From an uncultured bacterium (lineage in GTDB: Bacteria; Chloroflexota; UBA5177; JANWHV01): DNA of 64,000 bases. The stretch covers positions 480,001-544,000 of the forward strand of contig CAWHAE010000016.1 in NCBI GenBank assembly GCA_963827235.1. The letters run 5' to 3'. The translations under genes were made by a program, and so were the position numbers. Within the stretch, counting starts at the first letter, position 1; each line of letters starts with the position of its first letter. Positions 1-9,216 of this stretch are shown here, one piece after another. The notes under the pieces were generated by a model that saw nothing but the letters and a program-made list of their open reading frames with translations, was not told the origin of the DNA and made no database searches.

Positions 1-48
1 AACACACTCTTAACCTAGATTTAACGCGCCCTTAGCGACTGCTTAACG
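1..48 (+). promoter_or_regulatory. Pho-box-like (OmpR/PhoB family) direct-repeat array
   Basis: TTAACC(10), TTAACG(21), TTAGCG(32), TTAACG(43) at exact 11-bp period, plus partial AACA at 1-4 in register. Confidence 0.6.
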
Positions 49-150
49 CATTGTATCGATGATGAGTAGGACTGCTTAGTCTCGGACGAGCTCGCAAGGT
101 TGGGCGCGAGCTCGTTCGCCGTGTGACATCTTCGGAGGGTGAAAGGAATC

Positions 151-1296
151 ATGGGTGATCGTCTGATCAATCGGCGTGACCTTCTCAAACGGGGTGCGGC
201 AGGTGGACTGGGCCTGGCCGGCCTCGGTCTTCTCGGCGGCAGCGACTTGTCCGGGGCATTTGCCGCCGTAGCCGACGCATCGTCGGGTATCGATCCCATG
301 CTGGTCAGCGCGGCGAAGAAAGAAGGTCACGTCAACCTGATCACACTGCCGCGCACGTGGGCTGATTACGGCGAGATCATGGACACCTTCAAGGCGAAGT
401 ACGGTATCTCCATCACCGACGACATCCCGGAAGGCAGCTCTTCCCAGGAGATCCAGGCCATCCAGAACTTCAAGGGCCAGAGCCGTGGGCCAGACGCCCT
501 CGACGTCTCCCTCGCCTGGGCAATCAACGGCGCTAACCAGGGCCTGCTGGCGCCCTATAAGGTGGCGACCTGGGACAGCATCCCGGCCAACTTCAAGGAG
601 CCGACCGGTCTCTACGTCGGCGACTACTACGGCGTCGTGGCCTTCCTCGCAGTCGACAGCATCGTCAAGCAGGCGCCCAAGGATTGGTCGGACCTGACAA
701 GTCCCACTCTCAAGGGCAAGGTTGCCCTGGGCGATGACCCACGCAAAGCAGGCGAAGCGTTTGCAGCCGTTTTCGCCGCGTCACTTGCCAACGGCGGCTC
801 GCTCGACAACATCGAGCCGGGCATCAACTTCTTCTCCAAGCTCAAGTCGCTGGGCAATTTCGTCCTTTCGCAGGCTCTCAATGGCAACATCGCCAAGGGT
901 GTGACGCCCGTGGCGATTCGCTGGGACTACCTGCTGCTTGCCGCGCGCGATGAGTACAAGTCCAACCAGTCGATGACCGTCAACATCCCGACCTCGGGCC
1001 ACTACGCCGGCCCGTACTTCCAGGCGATCAGCAAATACGCCCCGAACCCGAACGCAGCCAAACTTTGGGAAGAGTACCTTTATAGTGATGCGGGCCAGCT
1101 GATGTGGCTGAAGGGCTACACGCATCCCGCTCGCTTTGCCGATCTGGCCAAGCGGAACGTGATCCCGCAGGCGCTGCTGGATAAGCTGCCTCCGGCGGAC
1201 GCGTATAAGAACCTCCATTTCGCCAACGCCAAGCAGATCACGGCGGCGCAAGCCGTTCTCACCGAGCAATGGGGTCCGAAGGTCGCCGGTAGCTGA
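151..1296 (+). CDS. ABC transporter substrate-binding protein (PotD/AfuA-like family), Tat signal
   Basis: NRRDLLK twin-Arg signal, SBP-like sequence, followed by two permeases and an ATPase; alternative GTG start at 139. Confidence 0.85.
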   Translation: MGDRLINRRDLLKRGAAGGLGLAGLGLLGGSDLSGAFAAVADASSGIDPMLVSAAKKEGHVNLITLPRTWADYGEIMDTFKAKYGISITDDIPEGSSSQEIQAIQNFKGQSRGPDALDVSLAWAINGANQGLLAPYKVATWDSIPANFKEPTGLYVGDYYGVVAFLAVDSIVKQAPKDWSDLTSPTLKGKVALGDDPRKAGEAFAAVFAASLANGGSLDNIEPGINFFSKLKSLGNFVLSQALNGNIAKGVTPVAIRWDYLLLAARDEYKSNQSMTVNIPTSGHYAGPYFQAISKYAPNPNAAKLWEEYLYSDAGQLMWLKGYTHPARFADLAKRNVIPQALLDKLPPADAYKNLHFANAKQITAAQAVLTEQWGPKVAGS

Positions 1297-1320
1297 CCCG
1301 CGACGAAGGATAAGGGCAAT

Positions 1321-1353
1321 CCAGTGGAGGGCGGGTGAGCTGCCCTCCACTGG
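1321..1353 (+). terminator. Intercistronic hairpin after SBP gene (stabiliser or attenuator)
   Basis: CCAGTGGAGGGC...GCCCTCCACTGG perfect 12-bp stem, no U-tract. Confidence 0.6.
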
Positions 1354-1377
1354 CTGCATTACGCGGTAGGAGGGTGC

Positions 1378-2301
1378 ATGGCTGAGGCAGTCGGCGAGCG
1401 TGCGGCTGCAGGCAGGACTGGGATTCTGCCCGGCCCGGAGGGGAGGTCGGTACCGTGGCGCGCGGTCTGGCGGTCGTGGCTGCCCGTGGTGCCGTTCTTT
1501 CTCTTCGTCGGCATCTTTCTGCTTCTGCCCACCGTTTGGCTGGTGGTCGGAGCCTTTCAGAGCGACTCGGGCAGCTTCACCACCAGCAACGTACGGACGC
1601 TATTCAACAGCGACATAGTCGACGCCTACAAGACTAGCCTCGAAGTGAGCCTCGTAAGCGCCCTGGTCGGCGGCGTATTCGGCTTCTTCGTCGCCTATGC
1701 CATGATCAAGGGCAATCCTCCTCGCTGGCTGCGGCCCCTCCTGTCGACGTTTGCCGGTGTGGCCGCGAACTTCGCCGGCATACCGCTGGCCTTCGCCTTC
1801 GCAGCCACGCTCGGCCTCAACGGCGTGCTCACCGTCTTCCTCAAGAGCCACGGCATCGACCTTTATCAGAGTGGGTTCACGCTCTACTCGTTCTCCGGCC
1901 TCATCGTCGTCTACACCTACTTCCAGATGCCGCTGATGCTGCTGGTAATCACTCCATCCATTGACGGACTCCGCCGGGAGTGGCAGGAAGCAGCGACCAG
2001 CCTTGGCGCGGACAGCAGTCAGTATTGGCGATGGGTTGGCCTGCCGGTCCTCTGGCCGTCCATCCTGGGCGCCATGGTCCTGCTCTTCGGCAGCGCCTTC
2101 GCCGCCTACGCGACGGCCTACGCGCTCGTCGGCTCGGAGTTCAACCTGGTGCCGCTGCTGATCGGCCGCAATGTGGAAAGCGACTTCGTCGGCAACCCGC
2201 ACCAAGCGAACGCCCTCGCCTTCGGCATGATCGTGATTATCAGTATCGTGATGTTTGCCTATACGCTCCTGCAGCGACAGTCGAGCAGGTGGACACGATG
2301 A
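1378..2301 (+). CDS. ABC transporter permease
   Basis: Multiple TM segments, EAA loop EAATSLGA. Confidence 0.9.
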   Translation: MAEAVGERAAAGRTGILPGPEGRSVPWRAVWRSWLPVVPFFLFVGIFLLLPTVWLVVGAFQSDSGSFTTSNVRTLFNSDIVDAYKTSLEVSLVSALVGGVFGFFVAYAMIKGNPPRWLRPLLSTFAGVAANFAGIPLAFAFAATLGLNGVLTVFLKSHGIDLYQSGFTLYSFSGLIVVYTYFQMPLMLLVITPSIDGLRREWQEAATSLGADSSQYWRWVGLPVLWPSILGAMVLLFGSAFAAYATAYALVGSEFNLVPLLIGRNVESDFVGNPHQANALAFGMIVIISIVMFAYTLLQRQSSRWTR

Positions 2302-3162
2302 AGCGAGGCTTGCGTCTTAACCCCTGGAACTTCTTGTGGTTGGTGCTTGCCGGACTGTATTTCGTCGTGCCGCTGTATGGCACCGCCGAGTTCAGCCTGG
2401 AGACGACGCCGGGCCATCATGGCTTCGACGCCTACCAGGCGGTGCTGCAGCAATCCGAGTTCTGGAACATGTTCTCGCTATCGCTGGAGATCGCCGTCGG
2501 CACCGTGATCATCAGCCTTGTATTAATGCTGCCCACGGTCTACTGGGTTCATCTCAAGCTCCCGCGACTGCGGCCTTTGCTCGATTTCATAGCCGTGTCT
2601 GCCGTTCGTCGTACCGCCCGTGACCCTCGCCGTCGGCATACTTCGACTCTTCGGCGCGGCAAGCCAACAGTCCTCGGGAGCTGGCAACCTGTTTATCGGC
2701 AGGCCGTCCTCCTGGCTTCTCTCCGGGAGCTTCTTCAGCTTTCCGCCCGGCATTCAGCTCCTGGCACTGGCATACGTGATACTGGCGCTGCCGTTCACCT
2801 ACCGTTCCCTCGAGGCCGGCATGCGGGCCATCGACCTTCGTGTTCTCACCGAAGCGGCCCAGAGCTTGGGAGCGGGATGGCTGAGGGTGCTGCTCTGGAT
2901 TATCTTGCCCAACATGCGTTCGGCCATGTTGTCGGCGGCGTTCCTCACGCTGACCCTGGTGATGGGCGAGTACACCATGGCCAGCCTCATGCTGCTAAAT
3001 ACGTTCCCCATCTACATGTTCCAGATCGGAAACGAGCAGGCATACCAGGCGGCTGCCCTGGCCATGATCAGCCTCATTCTGACCTGGGTAGCGCTCCTCG
3101 GCGTGCTGGTGCTCGGCAGGAGCGGAAACCATCGTGAAGTCCAGATTGGAGGCGCCCGCTAG
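2298..3162 (+). CDS. ABC transporter permease (one frameshift near 2598)
   Basis: ATGA overlap with previous gene; N-half in 1980..3137 frame, C-half in 2620..3162 with EAAQSLGA. Confidence 0.85.
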
Positions 3163-3164
3163 CT

Positions 3165-4325
3165 ATGGCTGTGCTCGAGCTACAGGGGTTGCAGAAGCGC
3201 TTCGGCGACGTCATTGCCCTTCACAACATGGATCTGTCGATCGGATCCGGTGAGTTCGTTGCTTTTCTCGGCCCCAGCGGCTGCGGAAAGACCACGGCGC
3301 TGCGCATCGTGGCAGGATTCGAGCAGCCGGACTCCGGTCGCGTGATCGTCGAGGGCAAAGACGTGACCAACGTTCCGGCCAGCCGCCGCGACATGGGCAT
3401 GGTGTTCCAAGCATATAGTCTGTTTCCCAATCTCTCAGCGCTGGACAACGTCGCGTTCGGACTGCGTGTGCGTGGCCTAGGCCGGAGTCAGCGCACGCAG
3501 CGGGCCGCGGATCTGCTCGAGCTCGTCGGCCTGGCCAGCGCGGCCAGGCGTTTTCCGCACCAGCTTTCCGGCGGCCAGCAGCAGCGAGTGGCGCTTGCGC
3601 GCGCGCTCGCCATCGAGCCTCGGGTGCTGCTGCTCGACGAACCGCTGTCAGCGCTAGACGCCAAAGTTCGCGTGCAGTTGCGCGAGGAGATCCGGCGCAT
3701 CCAGACGAAGCTCGGGATAACGGCACTCTTCGTCACACACGACCAGGAAGAAGCGCTATCTATCTCCGACAGAGTGGTCATTCTCTCTCAAGGAGAGATC
3801 GAGCAGGTCGGCACTCCGGCCGAGATCTACAGCGACCCGAAGACGGTGTTCGTCGCCGAATTCGTCGGCACGATGAATCGTATCAGCGGGGCCGTCGCCG
3901 CCAACCCGAATGGTTTCGTGGAGAGCGCCGCCGGTCTGCTCCGCGCCGAGGCCGCCAGAGGCAGATCCGCCGCCGAGCGGGTCGTTCTCCTCGTCCGGCC
4001 GGAAACAATCGAGATAGCCCCCCTCGGTGCAAGCGTAGCGCCGGCAGGCGGACTGGTCGGGCGTGTGGCCTCGCATACGTTCCTCGGCGCCGTCACACGG
4101 TTGGTTGTCACCAGTGCCGTGGGCGACGTGAAGGTCGACGTGGGCAGCGCACAGGCGTTGTCGCTTGCCGCGGACACGGAGGTGACCCTTACGTGGGATC
4201 CTGCGGTGCCTCGCCTGATCAGCCTCGAGGGGACAATCGGAGGCATCACCCATTCCCATCTCGCCGGGTTGGGCGAAATGAGGACCGACGCGGAAGACAC
4301 GACAGGTACGCTCAGAGCTGGATAG
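3165..4325 (+). CDS. ABC transporter ATP-binding protein (PotA-like, TOBE domain)
   Basis: GPSGCGKT Walker A, LSGGQQQR signature, LLLDEP Walker B. Confidence 0.95.
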   Translation: MAVLELQGLQKRFGDVIALHNMDLSIGSGEFVAFLGPSGCGKTTALRIVAGFEQPDSGRVIVEGKDVTNVPASRRDMGMVFQAYSLFPNLSALDNVAFGLRVRGLGRSQRTQRAADLLELVGLASAARRFPHQLSGGQQQRVALARALAIEPRVLLLDEPLSALDAKVRVQLREEIRRIQTKLGITALFVTHDQEEALSISDRVVILSQGEIEQVGTPAEIYSDPKTVFVAEFVGTMNRISGAVAANPNGFVESAAGLLRAEAARGRSAAERVVLLVRPETIEIAPLGASVAPAGGLVGRVASHTFLGAVTRLVVTSAVGDVKVDVGSAQALSLAADTEVTLTWDPAVPRLISLEGTIGGITHSHLAGLGEMRTDAEDTTGTLRAG

Positions 4326-4447
4326 GCCGATTGCCTGCCGAGCTTCGCCGTGCGTCCCGGCTGAATGTACCGGCGAGCAGCCCGCAGATCAGGCCGTACG
4401 CACAGGACGTACACGAAAGCACCTTGGCAGCACCGGCTTTCAGGCGT

Positions 4448-5077
4448 ATGCTGATCGCTGTGCAAGCAAACGATCGTTTTCCAGCCACTGCAAGACTCGG
4501 AAGGCCGCTGCCGGGAGAACGACGGGCCGAGATCGTGCAGGCGGCGACGACGCTCTTCTGGCAAAAGGGCTACCACGGCGCCTCGATGCAAGACATCGGC
4601 GAGCATGTCGGCATGCTCAAAGGCAGCCTATACGCGCACGTCGCCAATAAGGAGGAGATACTGCTCGAGATAGTCAGCACGACCTTCCGCCGCCTGATGG
4701 ATGCCGTGTTACCGCTGCTCGATGAGCCTCTGTCGTGCGCAGAACGTCTGCAGCAGGCCGTGCGTGCACATGCGTCTATCGTGCTCGGCGATCCGGCGGC
4801 GGCCGCGATGTTCTTCTACGAAAGCCGGCACCTTGCCGGAGTACCAGGTTCTTGGGTCGAGGATTCGCAACGTCGCTATATGTCACTCTGGCAGAAGCTA
4901 TTGCAGGCCGGCGTGGACTCGAGCGAGTTTCGGCCGGATCTCGATATTGCCGCCGCGGCTGCGCTCGCCATGTCGATCGGTGCCTGGAGCCAACGAAAGC
5001 AGGCTGGTACTGAGATAGATGTAGCGGAGGCGGCGGACCGTTTCAGCGCCCTCCTGCTGCGAGCGTGCACCGGCTAG
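4448..5077 (+). CDS. TetR/AcrR family transcriptional regulator
   Basis: HTH GYHGASMQDIGEHVGMLKGSLY; start uncertain. Confidence 0.85.
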   Translation: MLIAVQANDRFPATARLGRPLPGERRAEIVQAATTLFWQKGYHGASMQDIGEHVGMLKGSLYAHVANKEEILLEIVSTTFRRLMDAVLPLLDEPLSCAERLQQAVRAHASIVLGDPAAAAMFFYESRHLAGVPGSWVEDSQRRYMSLWQKLLQAGVDSSEFRPDLDIAAAAALAMSIGAWSQRKQAGTEIDVAEAADRFSALLLRACTG

Positions 5078-5363
5078 GTCATCCACCCGGCCTGCTCACG
5101 CTGGTACCCGCTGCCGAGCGGCAAGACCAGGCCCTCGCGCGGAAGCCGGGTAGAGCCGACAAGTCGCCTATCTGTGTGCGGTGCGCCTAGAGAATGGGGC
5201 CGCGGGAGCAGCGCGAAGCCGGCACAGCGCCATTCCGGCGAAGGAGATGCCGAACACAACCGCCCACGGGTCGCAGCCGGCGAACAACCCATCCGCATCT
5301 GGAGTCCATCGAGTTGAGGGCCACCGTTGCTGCTACGACTCGGCGACATCAACTGGACCCACT

Positions 5364-5813
5364 CTACGTCACCAGTCGCGGAGCTCTGGCGACGAGAACC
5401 GGGCAGCGTGCACATGCGATCAGCCGATCCCATCTCGAGCGCTTGAAGCCCAGCCGACGCTCACCGGTGGCCTGGCCATGGCCAAGCACGAGCAGATCCG
5501 GCCTGGTGGCGTCCAACGCTGCGACGATACTGGCAACGGCATCGCCCATGTCGAGCTGTGTCAGGATGCAGGGGCCGACGCCTGCTTGCCGGAGCACATC
5601 CGCCGACTGATTGAGCAACTGTGCTCCGGCGAGCCGCCTGCGCTCTCGGACGGCGGTGTCCCGCGCCACCGTGCCGGTCGTCGGCGCCAGGCGCGATCCG
5701 GGCATGACGTAGAGCACGGTGATCGTCACAGGTCTACCTGCCAACAGCTCCTGAGCGATACGGATTGCACCGGTACCCGCTGGAGACCCGTCCACGACCA
5801 GCAGGACTCTCAT
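5364..5813 (-). CDS. Universal stress protein
   Basis: VLLVVDGS N-terminus, DLLVLG, ARCPVLV C-terminus. Confidence 0.8.
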   Translation of the reverse strand: MRVLLVVDGSPAGTGAIRIAQELLAGRPVTITVLYVMPGSRLAPTTGTVARDTAVRERRRLAGAQLLNQSADVLRQAGVGPCILTQLDMGDAVASIVAALDATRPDLLVLGHGQATGERRLGFKRSRWDRLIACARCPVLVARAPRLVT

Positions 5814-5820
5814 TCCGTCA

Positions 5821-6171
5821 CTATCCGTCGAGTCTGTGCGCTTCTTCCCGGGCCAGACTTAGCATGGCATCGAGCTCGCCATCGTCCGGCCTGCCGTCGC
5901 CCGCTCGCAGCACTGCGAGGGGCTCCTCGTGCCCGCCGCCGTCTACCGCTCTCCGCTGTGTCAGCGACACGAACTGGCCACGCTCGACGCCCTCGGTGCA
6001 CCACGCGAGCAGGCCGGGCGGCACGGCAACAGTCCCAGCTTCTTCGCCCCGGTCCCCATGGTACACCACTATATCTCCCGCGCGAGCGCTGTCGGGCACG
6101 CCCTCTACGAGCACCATGGAGCCGTCCGCTCGGCGCACGGCCGCGATTCTCGTCCGGCTATCCTCAAACAT
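5821..6171 (-). CDS. Protein resembling the RicT/YaaT (PSP1) N-terminal region
   Basis: IAAVRRADG...GDIVVYHGDRGEEAGTV; start overlaps holB stop. Confidence 0.55.
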   Translation of the reverse strand: MFEDSRTRIAAVRRADGSMVLVEGVPDSARAGDIVVYHGDRGEEAGTVAVPPGLLAWCTEGVERGQFVSLTQRRAVDGGGHEEPLAVLRAGDGRPDDGELDAMLSLAREEAHRLDG

Positions 6172-7198
6172 GGCTACCTGCCCTGACGCGCGGCATCTGA
6201 CCGAACAGGTTGTCCAAAGCCAGTCGCGGGACGACATTGCTTTCGACCTGGTAGGTTGCATCCTGGATGCGGGTCAGAAACGCGACGATATCGGGTACGG
6301 CGACACCGCGCGCCGAAGCGTCGCCGAGTCTGTGACGCGCCAGCTCCGGCGTCTGAGCACTCAATGAGAGCAGAAGCGCGTCCCGCCACCAAGACTCCAC
6401 GCGTGCGAGCAACTCCAACGCGCGCTGCCTCAGCTCGACAAACGCACCTTTGCCCAACCATTCTTCGACCTTCGCCAGACGCGTGAATGGTCCCAGCGAG
6501 GCCAATCCGGAGACGAACGTGAGGGCACTTCGCTCTTGCTCGACCCTTGCCTGGTCACCCAGGGCGGTAACGGCCCAGCCGGGGCGGCCGCGAGCGAGCG
6601 TGGCAAGCTCTTCGGCCTGGTCGCGGCCTAACCCGTGATCCGCAACCAGGGAATCGGCGATCGCCGCCGCCGGAACTGGCTGCAGCGTGATCGTCTGGCA
6701 CCGCGAGCGAACTGTAGCGGGCAGTGCCATCGGATCCTCAGCCGTAAGCACGAGAGTTGCGGTCTGCGGCGGCTCCTCGAGCGTCTTGAGCAAGGCGCTC
6801 GACGCCGACTCGTTCATGTGATCGGCCCCACAAATGCAGCTCAGCTTGTGCGTGGCTTCATACGGTTGCAGCGAAAGGTTTTGCTCGAGCAACCGGATCT
6901 GATCCACTGTGATATCTCGCCGATCTGCATCACGACTGATCAGCGTCACATCCGGATGCAGGCCACGCGAAAGACGGCGGCAACCGCGACAGTTGCCGCA
7001 CGGGCGTCTTCCCTCGCCGGTGCACACCAAAAGACTTCCCAGGTGAAGCGCTAGAGACGTCTTGCCGACCGATTCCGGCCCGACAAAGAGATAGGCGTGC
7101 CCGAGCTGGCTCCGCTCGGAGGCGAGGCTGAGAAGGCTGGCAGCCCAGGAATTTCCAATCACTCTTTGAGCATGCCGCGCCACGTGCCAGGCAGGCAA
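6164..7198 (-). CDS. holB: DNA polymerase III subunit delta'
   Basis: HAYLFVGPESVGK, Zn module C..PCGNCRGC, HPDV, ALLKTLEEP, TVRSRC. Confidence 0.92.
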   Translation of the reverse strand: MPAWHVARHAQRVIGNSWAASLLSLASERSQLGHAYLFVGPESVGKTSLALHLGSLLVCTGEGRRPCGNCRGCRRLSRGLHPDVTLISRDADRRDITVDQIRLLEQNLSLQPYEATHKLSCICGADHMNESASSALLKTLEEPPQTATLVLTAEDPMALPATVRSRCQTITLQPVPAAAIADSLVADHGLGRDQAEELATLARGRPGWAVTALGDQARVEQERSALTFVSGLASLGPFTRLAKVEEWLGKGAFVELRQRALELLARVESWWRDALLLSLSAQTPELARHRLGDASARGVAVPDIVAFLTRIQDATYQVESNVVPRLALDNLFGQMPRVRAGSHV

Positions 7199-7324
7199 GT
7201 CCGCAGAGTCTGCGATCCGATATCATCTCAGACGATTGCTCGCCGCCGCCAGCCGGTCCTCCGCTGTGGTCGGAGCGAAACGGGCATGGGCGCCGGGCTG
7301 GGCGAGCGACTATGGGGGAGCCGC

Positions 7325-8434
7325 ATGCGGGTAGCACTCGTTCACGACTACCTGAACCAGGAGGGCGGAGCCGAACGGGTTGTCGAGGTGTTGTGTTCGA
7401 TGTTCCCGCGCGCTCCGTTGTACACGTCGGTCTTTGACGCCAGGGCTATGTCCGAGGTCTGGCAGACCGTGGACGTCCGCACCAGCTTCATGCAGAAGCT
7501 CTCGCCGCGCCTCAAGATTGCCAAGGCCCTGCTTCCGCTGTACCCACCCGCGTTTGAGTCGTTCGACCTGACGGGCTATGACCTCGTACTCAGCAGTTGC
7601 AGCACGTTCTCCAAGGGAGTTCTCACCGCGCCCGGAACCACCCACGTCTGCTACTGTCACAATACGACGCGGCCCCTGTGGATGTACCACGAATACGTCG
7701 CGCACGAGAACCTGGGGCGAGGGCAGCGCGCTCTGCTGCAGCCTGTGATGAGCGCTCTGCGGTTGTGGGACTATGCCGCGGCGCAGCGGGTAGACCATTT
7801 CATCGCCAACTCGAGCACGACCGTGGCGAGAATACGCAAGTTCTATCGTCGCGACGCCGAGGTCATCCAGCCGCCGATCCGCGTGGCCGAGTTCGTCGGC
7901 GGGCAGGACGACGATGTCCAGCCCTACTACCTGGTCATGGCACGGCTGCAATCGTACAAGCGGTTGGACCTGGCCATTGAAGCCTGTAACCGGCTTCAAG
8001 TACCGCTACGTATCGCCGGCGTTGGTCCAGACGAGGCCAGGCTGCGGCGGCTTGCCGGGCAGAGCGTGCAGTTCCTCGGGCGGGTGAGCAACCCGGAGCG
8101 AATCAACCTCTATCGCCACTGCCGAGCATTGATTATCCCGGGCGTGGAGGATTTTGGACTCAACGCCCTGGAAGCGCAGGCAGCGGGCCGTCCGGTGATA
8201 GCCTTCGCCGATGGCGGCTCTCTGGAGACGGTGCTGCCGGGCCTGACCGGCATACTCTACACGGAGCAGTCGGCCGACGCCCTTGCCGAAGTGCTTCGCG
8301 GCTTCGATTATAGCTGCTACGATCCCGACGCCTGCCGGGCCCAGGCCGCCCGCTTCGACGAGTCCGTGTTCAAGGAGCGAATGACTGCTTTCCTCGCTTC
8401 GGTAGGAGTGCCGCCGCGCGCGAACGAAGAGTAA
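7325..8434 (+). CDS. Glycosyltransferase family 4
   Basis: VALVHDYLNQEGGAERV, EDFGLNALEAQAAGRPV. Confidence 0.9.
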   Translation: MRVALVHDYLNQEGGAERVVEVLCSMFPRAPLYTSVFDARAMSEVWQTVDVRTSFMQKLSPRLKIAKALLPLYPPAFESFDLTGYDLVLSSCSTFSKGVLTAPGTTHVCYCHNTTRPLWMYHEYVAHENLGRGQRALLQPVMSALRLWDYAAAQRVDHFIANSSTTVARIRKFYRRDAEVIQPPIRVAEFVGGQDDDVQPYYLVMARLQSYKRLDLAIEACNRLQVPLRIAGVGPDEARLRRLAGQSVQFLGRVSNPERINLYRHCRALIIPGVEDFGLNALEAQAAGRPVIAFADGGSLETVLPGLTGILYTEQSADALAEVLRGFDYSCYDPDACRAQAARFDESVFKERMTAFLASVGVPPRANEE

Positions 8435-8461
8435 GCGCTCGCCGCGCAGGCGCGGCGTGTC

Positions 8462-9139
8462 TCAGGGCACGCTGAGCCGCTCGATCAGATCCGGTCCATC
8501 GTTGCGTGGCGAGGAGACGCGCGATGAGACCGGATAGGCCGCCATCTCCTTCTCATCGAAGGGCTTGAGGAACGAGATCACCACGTCCGGCTCGACCAGA
8601 TCCCGGTCGATCCAGGCCTCTTCTACATCGCGGTCCAGAATGACGGGCATGCGACTATGGATTTCAGCCATGAGGCGGTTCGGTGCGGTAGTGATAATCG
8701 CGCACGTCTGCACGGCGTCTCCCGTGTCGGAGCGGGACTCGGCGTAGAGTCCGGCAAAGGCAAACAGGCTCCGGTCCTTCAGGTGGATGAAGTAGGGCTG
8801 CTTGGATGAGCTCTCGGGCGAAGCTTTCCACTCGTAGAAGCCGTCGGCGGGAATCAGACAGCGCTTCTTGACCACCGAAGGGCGGAACATCGGCCGCTCA
8901 AGCAGCGTCTCCGCACGCGCATTGATAGGATCGGGTGCCCCGGCGGCTTGCTTCCACGTTGGACGGAAACCCCAGCGCATCAGGCGAATTGCTCTGCCGC
9001 CCCCCTCCCCCACGATGACGGGTATCGCCTGCGACGGGGCGATGTTATAGCGCGGCGCGAGCGCCGCCTCGTCGACATCGTCCAGGTCAAAGCGGAGCGA
9101 TAGCTGATGCGTATCCGTTAATGTGAAACGGCCACACAT
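8462..9139 (-). CDS. SOS response-associated peptidase (SRAP/HMCES/YedK family)
   Basis: N-terminal MCGRF, RYNIAP, INARAET, DGFYEW, HSRMPV. Confidence 0.95.
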   Translation of the reverse strand: MCGRFTLTDTHQLSLRFDLDDVDEAALAPRYNIAPSQAIPVIVGEGGGRAIRLMRWGFRPTWKQAAGAPDPINARAETLLERPMFRPSVVKKRCLIPADGFYEWKASPESSSKQPYFIHLKDRSLFAFAGLYAESRSDTGDAVQTCAIITTAPNRLMAEIHSRMPVILDRDVEEAWIDRDLVEPDVVISFLKPFDEKEMAAYPVSSRVSSPRNDGPDLIERLSVP

Positions 9140-9216
9140 GGAATGGTCTCCCCTCGTCGACGCGGCCCAGCCGTAGCACGCGCATCGCAGCGCCGTCGCC
9201 GGGCACCCACCCCGGC

